This document shows, in pieces, positions 29,849 through 39,750 of a DNA stretch of 64,000 nt (positions are counted from its first letter, which is position 1; the number at the start of each line of letters is the position of its first letter). The notes beneath the pieces were generated by a model. That model had not been told where the DNA came from. It saw only the letters and a list, made by a program, of their open reading frames with translations, and did no database searches. The position numbers and the translations under genes were made by a program. The stretch comes from Planctomycetota bacterium. GTDB lineage: Bacteria > Planctomycetota > UBA1135 > UBA2386. The stretch spans positions 1 through 64,000 of the forward strand of contig CANMWZ010000013.1 of assembly GCA_947501605.1 (NCBI GenBank). The letters run 5' to 3'.

Positions 29849-32800
29849 GTGAACGAGAACCAGCCAGAACACAGCGAGACTCAGGCCGCGCCAGCGGCGC
29901 CGCGGCGCGGGGCGCTGCGGCGCATCGGCCGTGCACTGCTGTTCGTGTTGCTCGCCTCCATCGTCGTCGGTGAGTCGGTCTGGCTGCTGCGCTGGCCGTT
30001 GTTCGATTGGCTCGCGCGCGAACGGGTCGAGGGCCTGCTCGGGGAGGCGTTGCAGGGCACGGCGAAGCTCGGTGCGATCGACGGCAACGTGTTCACGGGC
30101 CTGCGCGTGCGCGGCATCGAGATCGAAGGGCGCGGTCTGGTGCAGCGGGTGCGCAACGGCAACCTGCGCGTGCGCCTCGCCCCGCTGGCCCTGCTGCGCG
30201 GCGATTTCGCCGGCATCGTCGACCTGCAAGTACGGGTCGGATCGCTGCAACTCGACCTGACGACACTGGGGCAGGAGCAGCAGCACGAAGCGGCCTTGGC
30301 AACCTCGGGCGCGCCGCCGGACCTCGGTGCCTTCGCTGCAATGCTGCCTTCGGGCGCGGAGATCGTGATCGACGAACTGAAGGTGCGCGGCCTCGCCGAG
30401 CATCGAGACGGCGCCGCCCGCATCACCCTGGCCGCGGCAAGCCCACGAGCGCCGACACGGCGATTGCACGCGCTACTACCCGGCATCGACGCCACCGTGG
30501 CGCTCGCCCGCGACGGCGAGCTGCAGTGCGAGTTGGCGGCGCGCGACGTCGCGACCCTGCCGCGCCTGTTCGCAGCGGTCGACCACTTGCAAGGTGGCGA
30601 AGCGACGGCCAGCGTAACGTTGCAGCTCGCACCCATCTTCGTCGCCGCTGCTCACGTGCGCATTGACGGCATGCGTGCCAACGGCCGCCGCGTCGAGCGG
30701 TGCGAACTGGCGGCGCGCGTGCAGAGCGACGGCCTGACGAGTTTGGACTGCGACATCGAAGGCCCGGGGCTGTCGCTCCGCGCGAGCGGCGGCTCGATGC
30801 AGTTCGCCTCGCTGCCGACGAGCCTGCGCGGCGATGTCGCCCTCGCGGTTCGAGACCTTTCCCCCTGGGCCGAGTTCCTGCCCGCGGCCGTCCGTGAGCT
30901 GCTGCCCATCGTCGGCTCACTCAAAGCGACGGCGGGCGACGGCCGGATCACCATCGCCGACGGGGCTCTTCGCACTGCCGGCGCGGTGCTGCGACTGCGC
31001 GCCGGCAGCCTTCGCATCGATGGCGCACCGTCCCTCGACGCGCCGATTCGGGCCGAAATCGAACTGCTCGATGCCGCGCAGCTACCGCTGCCGACGACAC
31101 TGCCGCTGCGGCCCACCGGCGGTCGCGCAACCCTCGAACTCAGCCAACGCAACTCGACCTACGCCGCCAGTGTCGAGGTGGATCTGCAGGTTCGCGATGC
31201 AGCAGACCGAGACGGTACGCTCCGCGGTCGCGCCACGGCGACGCGCGCATCCGACGGCACGATTGCGTTCGCGCCACAACTGGAGCTGCGCGGCCAGGTG
31301 CTGCGCGGCGGCGCCCAGCGCCTGGACCTGCGGGCGCGGGGCGAACTGACGGCGACCCAGCTACGAATCGCCGAGGCAACACTCGACCTCGACGGCGGCG
31401 CCAACCTGACCGTGCGCGGCATCGCGCCGCTGGTGGCCGCGGACACAACGGCGCTACTCACACGGCTGGAACTGGATGCGAGCTGGCAGGCGCTGCCGCT
31501 CGCACTGTTCACTGCGTTCGCGCCACTCCCTCCAGGCGGCAGCGCACCGGTTCTGGGCGAAGTCGCCGGCTCGTTGTCGGGCAAGGCGGGTGCGTTCGGT
31601 CTGCAATTGCGCGCGACCGCCGACAGTGCCCCATTCCTGAGGCCGCAAGAACGCGCGACGCTGGCACTTGACGCCGCCATCGACGATCAGGGTGCGACGC
31701 TCAGCCAGGCCTCGCTGCAGACGCCGTTCGTGCGACTCGTCGGAACGGGCGCAGTGCCCGGTGTGACGATGTCCTCGTTGCTGACCGGGGCCCTCGACTG
31801 GCCCAAACTGTCTCCGAGCCTCGACCTCGACGTCGACTGTGACGAGGCCTACAGAGCCAGGCTCGAAGCGCTGGCCGGTGCAGCCTTCACCACCTCGCTG
31901 CGCCTCCGCGGTCGGTCCTTGCAGGTGGCGGAGCTGCGTGCCTTCGCCCGTGGCCACGAGGCTTCCGCGACCGGCGTGGTGCGCGCGCTCGACTCGGGCT
32001 TTGCCATCGATGACCTCGTGCTGCGCGATCAACACGGCAGCTCGATCGCGCTCGCAGGAACGCTCGGGGCGCTCGATCCCGGCGATTGGCGGCTGCTGCT
32101 GCGTGCGGCCAGTCTTCGCGCCACCTTCGACAACTGTGCGCTCGAGCCGTGGCTGTCGGCCACCGGTGTGACGGCGGCCCAAGCCCGACTGAACGGAGCC
32201 ATGATGTGGCAGCCCGCGGCCCCTGTGGGACTGACGCTCGATCTGCGCTGCGCCTGCACCGGCATCGTCTCCGGCGAGCGCACCGTCGACGCCGAACTCG
32301 CGCTCGCCGCCGAAGCGGATGCCGCCGGCACGCATCTGCGCCAACTGACCATGACAAGCAATGGCGCCAGCGCCCACGGCAGTGGCACTCTGCAGCGCAC
32401 CTTGCTGCAACTGCTCGACGATCCTGCCAGTGCGCTCGACGTCCCGATTGAGTTCGCGTTCGTGCTGCCGGCCACGGACCTCGCGCGCCTCCCCGAACAA
32501 CTCCTCGGCATGGCGCAGTTGACCGGCAAGGTCGCGCTCGACGTTGCGCTCGGTGGCACTCTGCGCCAGCCCGAGCCACGCTCGTTGCTGCAGATCCAAA
32601 ACGGCAGCCTGTTGACCGGTGACGGCCAGCGCCTCGACGACGTGCAGGCACGCATTGTCGTGACGCCCGCGGCCGCGCGCATCGAGACCCTCACTGCATC
32701 ACGCGGCCGCGGCCCCCTCTCGGTGCAAGGGAACTTGACTGCGCCCGGCCCACTGTGGGAACGGTGGCGCGAAGCCGAGGTTGATCTCACGGTCGCGGGA

Positions 32801-33670
32801 ACGGATGTCCTGCTCCACCGCCGCGCTGGCGTGAAGGTGCGATCTGACCTCGATCTCCATGTGCACGGCCCACTTCGCGAGATGACTGTCGACGGGCTCG
32901 TGACGCTGGAGGACAGCGTCATGTTGCAGCGCATTCCGCTGCTCGATTTTCAACGCACCAGCGGCCGCGCGGCAGTGGAAGGCATCGCCATCCCGGGTCT
33001 GGACCTCGGTTCTGACGTCAGCGCGCGACTCGACGTCGGGATCGCCACGAAAGAGCCGTTTGTCATCCGCAACAACATCCTCGATGCCCGCCTCGACATC
33101 GCGATGGCGGTCCGCGGCACCCTCGCACGCCCCGTGCTCGAGGGCACGATTTCCGGGCCAGAAGCCCGCATCCTGCTGCCCGGAATCCGACTGCGCGCAA
33201 GCACGCTGTTGATCGAGTTCCGCCGCGATGCGCCACGTTTCCCCATCATCACGGTGAACGCCAACGGCCGTCGCCACGGCTTCGACGTCAACGTCGTCGT
33301 GCGCGGTCGCTACGATCGCCCGGAGATCTTGCTGTCGAGTTCGCCGCCGTTGCCGCCAGAAGAGCTCATCGTGCTGATCACCACGGGAGCGCGACCCGAC
33401 TCGCTTCGCGGCTCGGCCGGCGTCGGAACCGTGCTCGGCGCCTACTTGGCACAAGAACTGGCCGACTGGATCTTCGGCTCGGAATCGACCGAGGCCAAGG
33501 AGAGCTTCGTCGACCGCTTCACGATCGAGACCGGCACCGAACTGTCGCGCGGCGGCACGCAGAGCATCGTGGTCGAGTTCCGCGTGTTCGACGACATCTA
33601 CCTGAAGGGCGAACGCGATGTCTATGAAGACCTCAACATGGGCGTGGTCTACCGCCTGAAGTTCCGATGA
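29849..33670 (+). CDS. tamB: Translocation/assembly module TamB-like protein
   Basis: N-terminal anchor, long beta-rich body, DUF490-like C-terminus (L.SSPPLP.EELI.LI.TG); adjacent to an Omp85 gene. Confidence 0.82.
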   Translation: MNENQPEHSETQAAPAAPRRGALRRIGRALLFVLLASIVVGESVWLLRWPLFDWLARERVEGLLGEALQGTAKLGAIDGNVFTGLRVRGIEIEGRGLVQRVRNGNLRVRLAPLALLRGDFAGIVDLQVRVGSLQLDLTTLGQEQQHEAALATSGAPPDLGAFAAMLPSGAEIVIDELKVRGLAEHRDGAARITLAAASPRAPTRRLHALLPGIDATVALARDGELQCELAARDVATLPRLFAAVDHLQGGEATASVTLQLAPIFVAAAHVRIDGMRANGRRVERCELAARVQSDGLTSLDCDIEGPGLSLRASGGSMQFASLPTSLRGDVALAVRDLSPWAEFLPAAVRELLPIVGSLKATAGDGRITIADGALRTAGAVLRLRAGSLRIDGAPSLDAPIRAEIELLDAAQLPLPTTLPLRPTGGRATLELSQRNSTYAASVEVDLQVRDAADRDGTLRGRATATRASDGTIAFAPQLELRGQVLRGGAQRLDLRARGELTATQLRIAEATLDLDGGANLTVRGIAPLVAADTTALLTRLELDASWQALPLALFTAFAPLPPGGSAPVLGEVAGSLSGKAGAFGLQLRATADSAPFLRPQERATLALDAAIDDQGATLSQASLQTPFVRLVGTGAVPGVTMSSLLTGALDWPKLSPSLDLDVDCDEAYRARLEALAGAAFTTSLRLRGRSLQVAELRAFARGHEASATGVVRALDSGFAIDDLVLRDQHGSSIALAGTLGALDPGDWRLLLRAASLRATFDNCALEPWLSATGVTAAQARLNGAMMWQPAAPVGLTLDLRCACTGIVSGERTVDAELALAAEADAAGTHLRQLTMTSNGASAHGSGTLQRTLLQLLDDPASALDVPIEFAFVLPATDLARLPEQLLGMAQLTGKVALDVALGGTLRQPEPRSLLQIQNGSLLTGDGQRLDDVQARIVVTPAAARIETLTASRGRGPLSVQGNLTAPGPLWERWREAEVDLTVAGTDVLLHRRAGVKVRSDLDLHVHGPLREMTVDGLVTLEDSVMLQRIPLLDFQRTSGRAAVEGIAIPGLDLGSDVSARLDVGIATKEPFVIRNNILDARLDIAMAVRGTLARPVLEGTISGPEARILLPGIRLRASTLLIEFRRDAPRFPIITVNANGRRHGFDVNVVVRGRYDRPEILLSSSPPLPPEELIVLITTGARPDSLRGSAGVGTVLGAYLAQELADWIFGSESTEAKESFVDRFTIETGTELSRGGTQSIVVEFRVFDDIYLKGERDVYEDLNMGVVYRLKFR

Positions 33671-35700
33671 GGGCCATGCCGCGGGCCCCGCGCCTCCTCG
33701 CACTCGCAGCGCTGACCATCGCCCTCGCCGGGTGCAGCAGCGCCCCGTCTGAGGTCACAGCCAAGGTCGACGTCGCGTTCACGGGCACATCGCAGTTGTA
33801 CTTTCGCCTTCGTCGCCTCATCGAAGACTCGCTGATCGACTTCGAACGGGCGCCGCAAAGCGAAGCCCCGCTCTTCGATGCCGCGCTGGACCTGCAAGAC
33901 AACTTCGTAGCACTCGGCCATCCCGACGCCATCGTGACCTACCGTCTCGAACGCGAGCCGCGACTGCGGGTGACCTTCGATGTCCGCGAAGGTCCGCTCG
34001 CAACCGTGTCGCGCGTGAGCTTCGACGGCAACACGGCGCTGAGCGACGCCCAACTCCTCGCCCTGTGGACGCGAACCAGCAGCGGCGGCCTGGGCCTCGG
34101 CGATCCGCTGTTCGTCATGGCTGGCCTCGAGGCACTGCGACTGTCGATGCTCGCGCTCTACGACAGCTTTGGCTATCTCGACGCAGCCGTCGATGGACCT
34201 GTCGTGCAACGCGCGCCGAACGCGAGCACGGCGGCGGTCACGTTCACCATCGTCGAAGGTCCGCAGCACCACTTTGCTTTGGTCACCATCGATCCGAGCC
34301 TCCCGGTCGATGCAACGGCCCTGGCGATCGCGGACCTGCCCGGGCGGGTATTCGACCGCGCGGCGGTTGCAGCGCTGGCTGCGCGCACGCGCCGCGACCT
34401 GCTGAAATCGGGCTACCCCGACCCGCACGTGGAGATCGAACTCACCACCGATCGACACGCACACACCGTCGCGGTGCGCGTGCACGGTTCGCCCGGCCCA
34501 CGAGCGACGCTTGCGTCGGTCACGATCCTCGGCAACGAGCAGACCGCCGACTACGTCATCGATCGCCATGTCGCCATGGAACCCGGCGACTACTACGACG
34601 GCGATGCTGTCGAGCGCACCACCAGCGAGCTCTACCGGACCGGCCTGTTCCGCCGCGTCGAGATCGAGCGCAAGCCCGCGACGGCGACCGGCGAAGCGGT
34701 CGACATGGCTGTCCGCGTTGAGGAGATCGAGGCGCTCGAACTCGACTTGCTCGCCGGCTGGGGTAGCTACGAGACGCTGCGCGGCGCCGTGCTGTTCACC
34801 GATCGCAACCTGTTCGGCACCGGCCAGCGGTTTTCTGCCGGCGCGCGCGCGAGCCTCAAAGGCGAAGCGCTCACCACGTCCTGGCAGGAGCCATACCTGT
34901 TCGGCAGCAAGACCTCACTGACAGTCGGCGGCTATGTACGGCGGCGCGAGGAACCCAGTTACCAGGACTCGTCGCGCGGCCTCGACTCGGCATTCGCTCG
35001 CGACCTGTTCGGTCCGGTTCGTGGCCGCGTCGGCTACAGCTTGCAGGCCCGCGACGGCAGCGACATCGACCCGTCGATCGCCACGCCAGACGACGGCAGC
35101 TACGAGATCGGCAGCATCTTCACGGAGCTGCTGATCGACCGCCGCGACTCACCGCTCTATCCAAGCCGCGGCAACCGCCAGAGCTTCAAGTACGAACGCG
35201 CCGGCCGCTTCGTCGGCGGCACGATCGACCTCGATCGCGTGACCTGGAGCAGTGCGTGGTTCCTCCCAGTCGCGGAACCGTTCGTGCTCGGCCTGGCTGC
35301 GCGCGGCGGTGCGATCTGGACCCAAGACGGCGACTCGCTGCCGGTCCAGGAGCGATTCTTCAATGGTGGCGAGTCGAGCGTCCGCAGCTTCCGCGAAGCC
35401 CAACTCGGTCCCAAGTCCCCGACCGGCACGGCGACTGGCGGCGCCTACTTCAACACCTTCAACGTCGAGCTGCGATTCCCGATCCTCGCGGCCGTGCACG
35501 GTGCCGTGTTCGCGGATGCGGGCAACGTCGGCGCCGAGGTCGACCTGTTCGAGGTGCGAAAGCTCAGCTACGGCATCGGCGCCGGTTTGCGACTCGTGCT
35601 GCCGATCGGCCCCCTGCGCGTTGATTACGCGCGCAATCCAAATCCTGGGCCCGACGACGAGACGTGGGTCGTGCACTTCAGTGTCGGCCTGCCGTTTTGA
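33667..35700 (+). CDS. tamA: Omp85/TamA family outer-membrane protein with lipoprotein signal
   Basis: LAGC lipobox, POTRA-like repeats, NLFGTG, ERFF.GG..SVR.F, GAGLR..PIGPLRVD, terminal F. Confidence 0.85.
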   Translation: MRAMPRAPRLLALAALTIALAGCSSAPSEVTAKVDVAFTGTSQLYFRLRRLIEDSLIDFERAPQSEAPLFDAALDLQDNFVALGHPDAIVTYRLEREPRLRVTFDVREGPLATVSRVSFDGNTALSDAQLLALWTRTSSGGLGLGDPLFVMAGLEALRLSMLALYDSFGYLDAAVDGPVVQRAPNASTAAVTFTIVEGPQHHFALVTIDPSLPVDATALAIADLPGRVFDRAAVAALAARTRRDLLKSGYPDPHVEIELTTDRHAHTVAVRVHGSPGPRATLASVTILGNEQTADYVIDRHVAMEPGDYYDGDAVERTTSELYRTGLFRRVEIERKPATATGEAVDMAVRVEEIEALELDLLAGWGSYETLRGAVLFTDRNLFGTGQRFSAGARASLKGEALTTSWQEPYLFGSKTSLTVGGYVRRREEPSYQDSSRGLDSAFARDLFGPVRGRVGYSLQARDGSDIDPSIATPDDGSYEIGSIFTELLIDRRDSPLYPSRGNRQSFKYERAGRFVGGTIDLDRVTWSSAWFLPVAEPFVLGLAARGGAIWTQDGDSLPVQERFFNGGESSVRSFREAQLGPKSPTGTATGGAYFNTFNVELRFPILAAVHGAVFADAGNVGAEVDLFEVRKLSYGIGAGLRLVLPIGPLRVDYARNPNPGPDDETWVVHFSVGLPF

Positions 35701-35819
35701 AGCGCAGAGGCTTCGACAACCAACTGCGTGCCGACGGCCCGCCCGAACCCGCTAGCACAGCTTGACGCCCGCGGACCGTCGCGTCACCCTGGGTCGCTCC
35801 GGCCGCAAGCGCGCCGCCC

Positions 35820-38174
35820 ATGCACGACAACGCCCACCCCAAGAAGCAGCCGCCACTCGATCTACTGCTCCTTGGCGCGCTGCAGAGAGCCAACCTGGAG
35901 GCCGTCGAAAGCGGCGATACTGGTCCAGCACTCCGACAGTTGCTTCAAGGGTTCTTGGCGCTGCTCGACATCGATGGAATCGCCGTCTTCGCTGCCCCAG
36001 AAGGGCATCGGACCCTGTGCTTGGCAACCGCGGGCGACAGCGAGGAACTGGAAGCTTGCTGCGACGCAGTACTCGCAGCTCGTGAGCCTCGGAGCCTGCT
36101 TTCACCGCAGCCACACCGCGGGTTCCCACTCCTCTTCCGTGACCGCACGATTGGAGCACTCGCGATCGTGCCGAGCGCAGTTCGCCCGGCGAGCTTCGAT
36201 GTCGAGCGCGTCAAAGCGCTACTGCCAGTGCTGACGGGCTGGGTCCGCCTGCACACTCGCCTAGCGGACCAGAACTCGATGCTCGAAGACCTGCGGGACA
36301 GCGAGCGCCGCTATCGCGGGCTCGTCGAGGTCTGCAACGAGCTGATCCTGAGCGTGCGTGCGGATGGCCGCATCCTGTTCGTCAATGCCGAGTGGCGCCG
36401 TGCCCTGCATCTCGATGGCGTCCCCTGCGAGGGCCGCTCGATCTTCGACTACTTGCATCCGGACTCGCTCCAGCACTGTCGCGCGGCTTTCGATCAAGCA
36501 GCCCGGGGCAAGCCCATGCGCGGCGTCGAGGTCGTCTTTCGCAGCCATCTCGGCGACAAGGTCGTGGTCGAGGGCGATGTGCTGCCACAGATCGTCGATG
36601 GCGTCGTCGTGGCGACGCAGGCCTTCTTTCGCGACACGACCCAACAGCGCGCCAGCGAGGCCGCGCGCGTTTGGTCAACGGCATTCCTCGACCAAGTCGT
36701 CGAGAGCGCCCCGGAGGCGATCGTCTTCCTCGGCCTCGACGATCGCGTGCAGCGCCTCAATTCTGAGTTCACGCGCCTCTTCCACTACACCGCCAGCGAG
36801 GCTCTTGGTCGCAAGATCGATGAGCTCGTCGTGCCGCCGACTCTGTCCGTCGAAGGTCGCGAGTTGTGTCAGCGTGCAGGCCAGTCCGAGGTGGTTAATG
36901 TCGAGACGGTGCGGCGGCGCAAGGACGGCAGCGAGCTTGCCGTGTCGCTGCTGGCGACGCCGATCCGCGTGAACGACATCCACGTTGCGACCCTCTGCAT
37001 CTACCGCGACATCAGTGAACGACGACAACTGGAAGCCACGCTCGCGCAGTCGCAGCGCATGGAGGCCATCGGCCGCCTCGCCGGCGGCATCTCCCACGAC
37101 TTCAACAACCTGCTGATGGTCATCACCGCGACGACCGACATGTTGCTGGAGAAACTCGAAGCGGGCAGCACCTTCCGGAGCGACCTCAACGAGATCGCCC
37201 TGGCCAGCGATCGCGCCGTGAAGCTGACCGGGCAACTGCTCGCCTTCAGCCGCCGGCAGGTTCTCTCGCCCTTGGCCATGAACGTGAACGACGTGGTACA
37301 CGAGGTCGCAAAGATGCTCTCTCGCCTGATCGGCGAGGACATCCGGCTGGTCGTGCGCACCGCGCCAGACCTCGGCTGCGTGAGAGCCGACCCGACGCAG
37401 ATCGAGCAAGTGCTCCTCAACCTTGCCTTGAATGCGCGCGACGCGATGCAGCGCGGTGGGCTTCTGACGATCGCGACGCGAGACGTCTGGCTCGACGATA
37501 CGCGCAGCCGCGAGTGGTCACTGCCGAAAGGCAACTACGTCGAGATCGCCGTCGAGGACACCGGCTGCGGTATCCCACCGCACGAACTCGACCTCATCTT
37601 CGAGCCCTTCTGGTCGACCAAGGCGGTTGACGGCCGAGGCACCGGCTTGGGCCTGTCGACGGCCTATGGCACCGTGAAGCAAAGCGATGGGGCGATCACT
37701 GTCCGGAGCGAAGTCGGCAAGGGATCGCAGTTCTGCGTGCTGCTGCCGCGCAGCGACCGCGAGGCGGTCGAAACGACGGCGGTCCAAGACGCGCCACCGC
37801 AGGGTTCGGCAGAGACGATCCTCGTCGTCGAAGACGACCAGGTCATCCGTTCCCTGGTCGAACGCGCACTGACCAACGCGGGCTACCGCGTGTTTGCCGC
37901 ATCGACTGCTCCGGACGCGGTGTCGCTCATGAACCAGCACCGCGACGAGATCGCGCTGCTATTCACCGACGTCATCATGCCCGAGACCAGCGGCCCCGAA
38001 CTCGCAGCGCAACTGCGCGAGATCAAGCCAGTTCTCCGCGTGCTCTACACGTCAGGGCACGCCGACGACCGCGTCTTCAAGCTCACGGGCGCGCTCGACA
38101 GCGCGCACTTCCTCGCCAAGCCGTACACGCTTTCGATCCTCGTGGAGAGGGTCCGCCGGGCGCTCGACGCCTGA
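35820..38174 (+). CDS. Cytoplasmic PAS-PAS hybrid histidine kinase (CckA-like architecture)
   Basis: Two PAS/PAC domains, GRLAGGISHDFNNLL, NARDAM, GTGLGL, REC (VVEDD, TDVIMP, KPY). Confidence 0.92.
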   Translation: MHDNAHPKKQPPLDLLLLGALQRANLEAVESGDTGPALRQLLQGFLALLDIDGIAVFAAPEGHRTLCLATAGDSEELEACCDAVLAAREPRSLLSPQPHRGFPLLFRDRTIGALAIVPSAVRPASFDVERVKALLPVLTGWVRLHTRLADQNSMLEDLRDSERRYRGLVEVCNELILSVRADGRILFVNAEWRRALHLDGVPCEGRSIFDYLHPDSLQHCRAAFDQAARGKPMRGVEVVFRSHLGDKVVVEGDVLPQIVDGVVVATQAFFRDTTQQRASEAARVWSTAFLDQVVESAPEAIVFLGLDDRVQRLNSEFTRLFHYTASEALGRKIDELVVPPTLSVEGRELCQRAGQSEVVNVETVRRRKDGSELAVSLLATPIRVNDIHVATLCIYRDISERRQLEATLAQSQRMEAIGRLAGGISHDFNNLLMVITATTDMLLEKLEAGSTFRSDLNEIALASDRAVKLTGQLLAFSRRQVLSPLAMNVNDVVHEVAKMLSRLIGEDIRLVVRTAPDLGCVRADPTQIEQVLLNLALNARDAMQRGGLLTIATRDVWLDDTRSREWSLPKGNYVEIAVEDTGCGIPPHELDLIFEPFWSTKAVDGRGTGLGLSTAYGTVKQSDGAITVRSEVGKGSQFCVLLPRSDREAVETTAVQDAPPQGSAETILVVEDDQVIRSLVERALTNAGYRVFAASTAPDAVSLMNQHRDEIALLFTDVIMPETSGPELAAQLREIKPVLRVLYTSGHADDRVFKLTGALDSAHFLAKPYTLSILVERVRRALDA

Positions 38175-38188
38175 CGGAGCGCGCCACC

Positions 38189-39118
38189 TCAGGCCTTGGC
38201 GATGAAGGCCTCGAGGTCCGTCTTCAACTCGTTGAGCCCGTAGCTCGGCACCGTGATGCAGCGGTAGATGACCCGCTCCAGGTCTTCGGGCGTCTTCGGG
38301 TTCAGCGTGTGCGGCTGGCAGTAGCTGAAGAAGTAGCTCAGTGACAATCGCACGGTCTCACCGCCGCTGCGCTGGCCGGCGAACTCCCACGGCACCTCGT
38401 CGAACGGCAGCGTGCCGGTCAGGATCTCGTAGATCATGATGCCGATCGCCATCACGTCCGCCTTGCTGTCGGTGAGCAGCAGCGGGTTGTAGTGCGGCGT
38501 CGTGGTGACGACGCGCTGCTCACCCTGCCGCATGCCCGGATCGAGCATCACGACCTTGCCGCTCGGCTTGACGATGAGATTCTCTGGCTTCAGATCGCCG
38601 TGATAGGCCATCACGCCTTGGTCCTTGAGCGCAATGAGCGCGCGGACCAGGGCCAGGAACCAGTTGAGGTGGATCCCTTCGAGGCTGCGGATCTTCTCGC
38701 GCAGCGTCTTGCCGCGAATGTAGTCCATGACGAGGACGGGATTGCCGTCGATCATCAGGCGCTCCCGCAACCCGACGAGGTTCTCGTGCTTGGCGTTGGC
38801 CAGCAGATCGCCCTCGCTGATCAGCATCGAGCGCACTTCCTGTTCGTCGAACAGATCGATGCGCACGCCTTGCGACTCGAAGAACACCGCTTCGGCCGGC
38901 AGCTCGTCCGGGCTGATGCCATCCGGCGTCCGGCGGGCGGTTACTTCGAGTAGCCGAGTGACCTGACGGCCACCGCCGGACGACTGTCCGACCTTGAGCG
39001 CGACCTTTTCGCCCGTCTCTTCATGCTGGGCCAGGAACACCGAGGCGAAGCCTCCGCGTCCCAAGAATCGGTTGATCCGATAGCCCTGCACGATCTCTCC
39101 GATCGCAAGCTTCATCAT
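38189..39118 (-). CDS. Hanks-type Ser/Thr protein kinase, soluble, kinase domain only
   Basis: LGRGGFASV, VALK, HGDLKPEN, DV.AIG.MIYEILTG..PF. Confidence 0.88.
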   Translation of the reverse strand: MMKLAIGEIVQGYRINRFLGRGGFASVFLAQHEETGEKVALKVGQSSGGGRQVTRLLEVTARRTPDGISPDELPAEAVFFESQGVRIDLFDEQEVRSMLISEGDLLANAKHENLVGLRERLMIDGNPVLVMDYIRGKTLREKIRSLEGIHLNWFLALVRALIALKDQGVMAYHGDLKPENLIVKPSGKVVMLDPGMRQGEQRVVTTTPHYNPLLLTDSKADVMAIGIMIYEILTGTLPFDEVPWEFAGQRSGGETVRLSLSYFFSYCQPHTLNPKTPEDLERVIYRCITVPSYGLNELKTDLEAFIAKA

Positions 39119-39171
39119 CAGTGGTGTCCGTCCCGGTGGCTGTTGGGCGGCTTCGGACCACCCAGGCGGTA

Positions 39172-39198
39172 TTTCGGTATCCCCTGGAGGGGAGTTGA
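39172..39198 (-). promoter_or_regulatory. sigma28-like promoter for the kinase gene
   Basis: TCAAC-N15-ACCGAAA, 53 nt upstream of the ATG. Confidence 0.4.
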
Positions 39199-39245
39199 GT
39201 TACGTGCGCCTCCGTCGCGGTGCGGACGGTGCTATCGGGGCTTCT

Positions 39246-39737
39246 TCATGGCGAAATCACGAAGGCTGCCAGCGGGCTCCGGACTACCCCCTCTGGCTGA
39301 GGGGCCTCGACGTACCAGTGGAAGGCGCCACCAGCCCCGAGCACCTGTTCCATGGCATCGTCGACCAGCAACTCACAGCCCTCGGCCCGCAGTTTCTTGA
39401 CCTCGCGATGCTGCTCGTCCAAGAGCACGAGCGTGAACTCGACGGCCTCCCCCTCCCACAGCCAGTGGAAGGCAGTGGGCATCGCGTGCAACACCCCGCG
39501 CGGCATCACGGCGTTGAGACCGCGCGATGTGACGTGGCTACCAGCTAGAGTCCGCAGAACCGACCTTGGCACCGGATAGTCCGGGTCCAGTGCGGCTGCA
39601 GCGGCAGCGACGATACAGACGATACCAAAGGGCCGTGTCCAACGAGGGTGCGGTCGCAGCGAGCGAGCATGCGCCACGCACGCGCTCGTTTCCGGACCGG
39701 ACCGGTACCTGACAGCTCGCGATAGACCCCCAGACAC
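39246..39737 (-). CDS. Hypothetical protein with a hydrophobic segment and a small beta-rich domain
   Basis: FHW...FTLVLLD...FHWYVEA pattern; start uncertain. Confidence 0.5.
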   Translation of the reverse strand: MSGGLSRAVRYRSGPETSACVAHARSLRPHPRWTRPFGIVCIVAAAAAALDPDYPVPRSVLRTLAGSHVTSRGLNAVMPRGVLHAMPTAFHWLWEGEAVEFTLVLLDEQHREVKKLRAEGCELLVDDAMEQVLGAGGAFHWYVEAPQPEGVVRSPLAAFVISP

Positions 39738-39750
39738 ACTAGATGATCGG

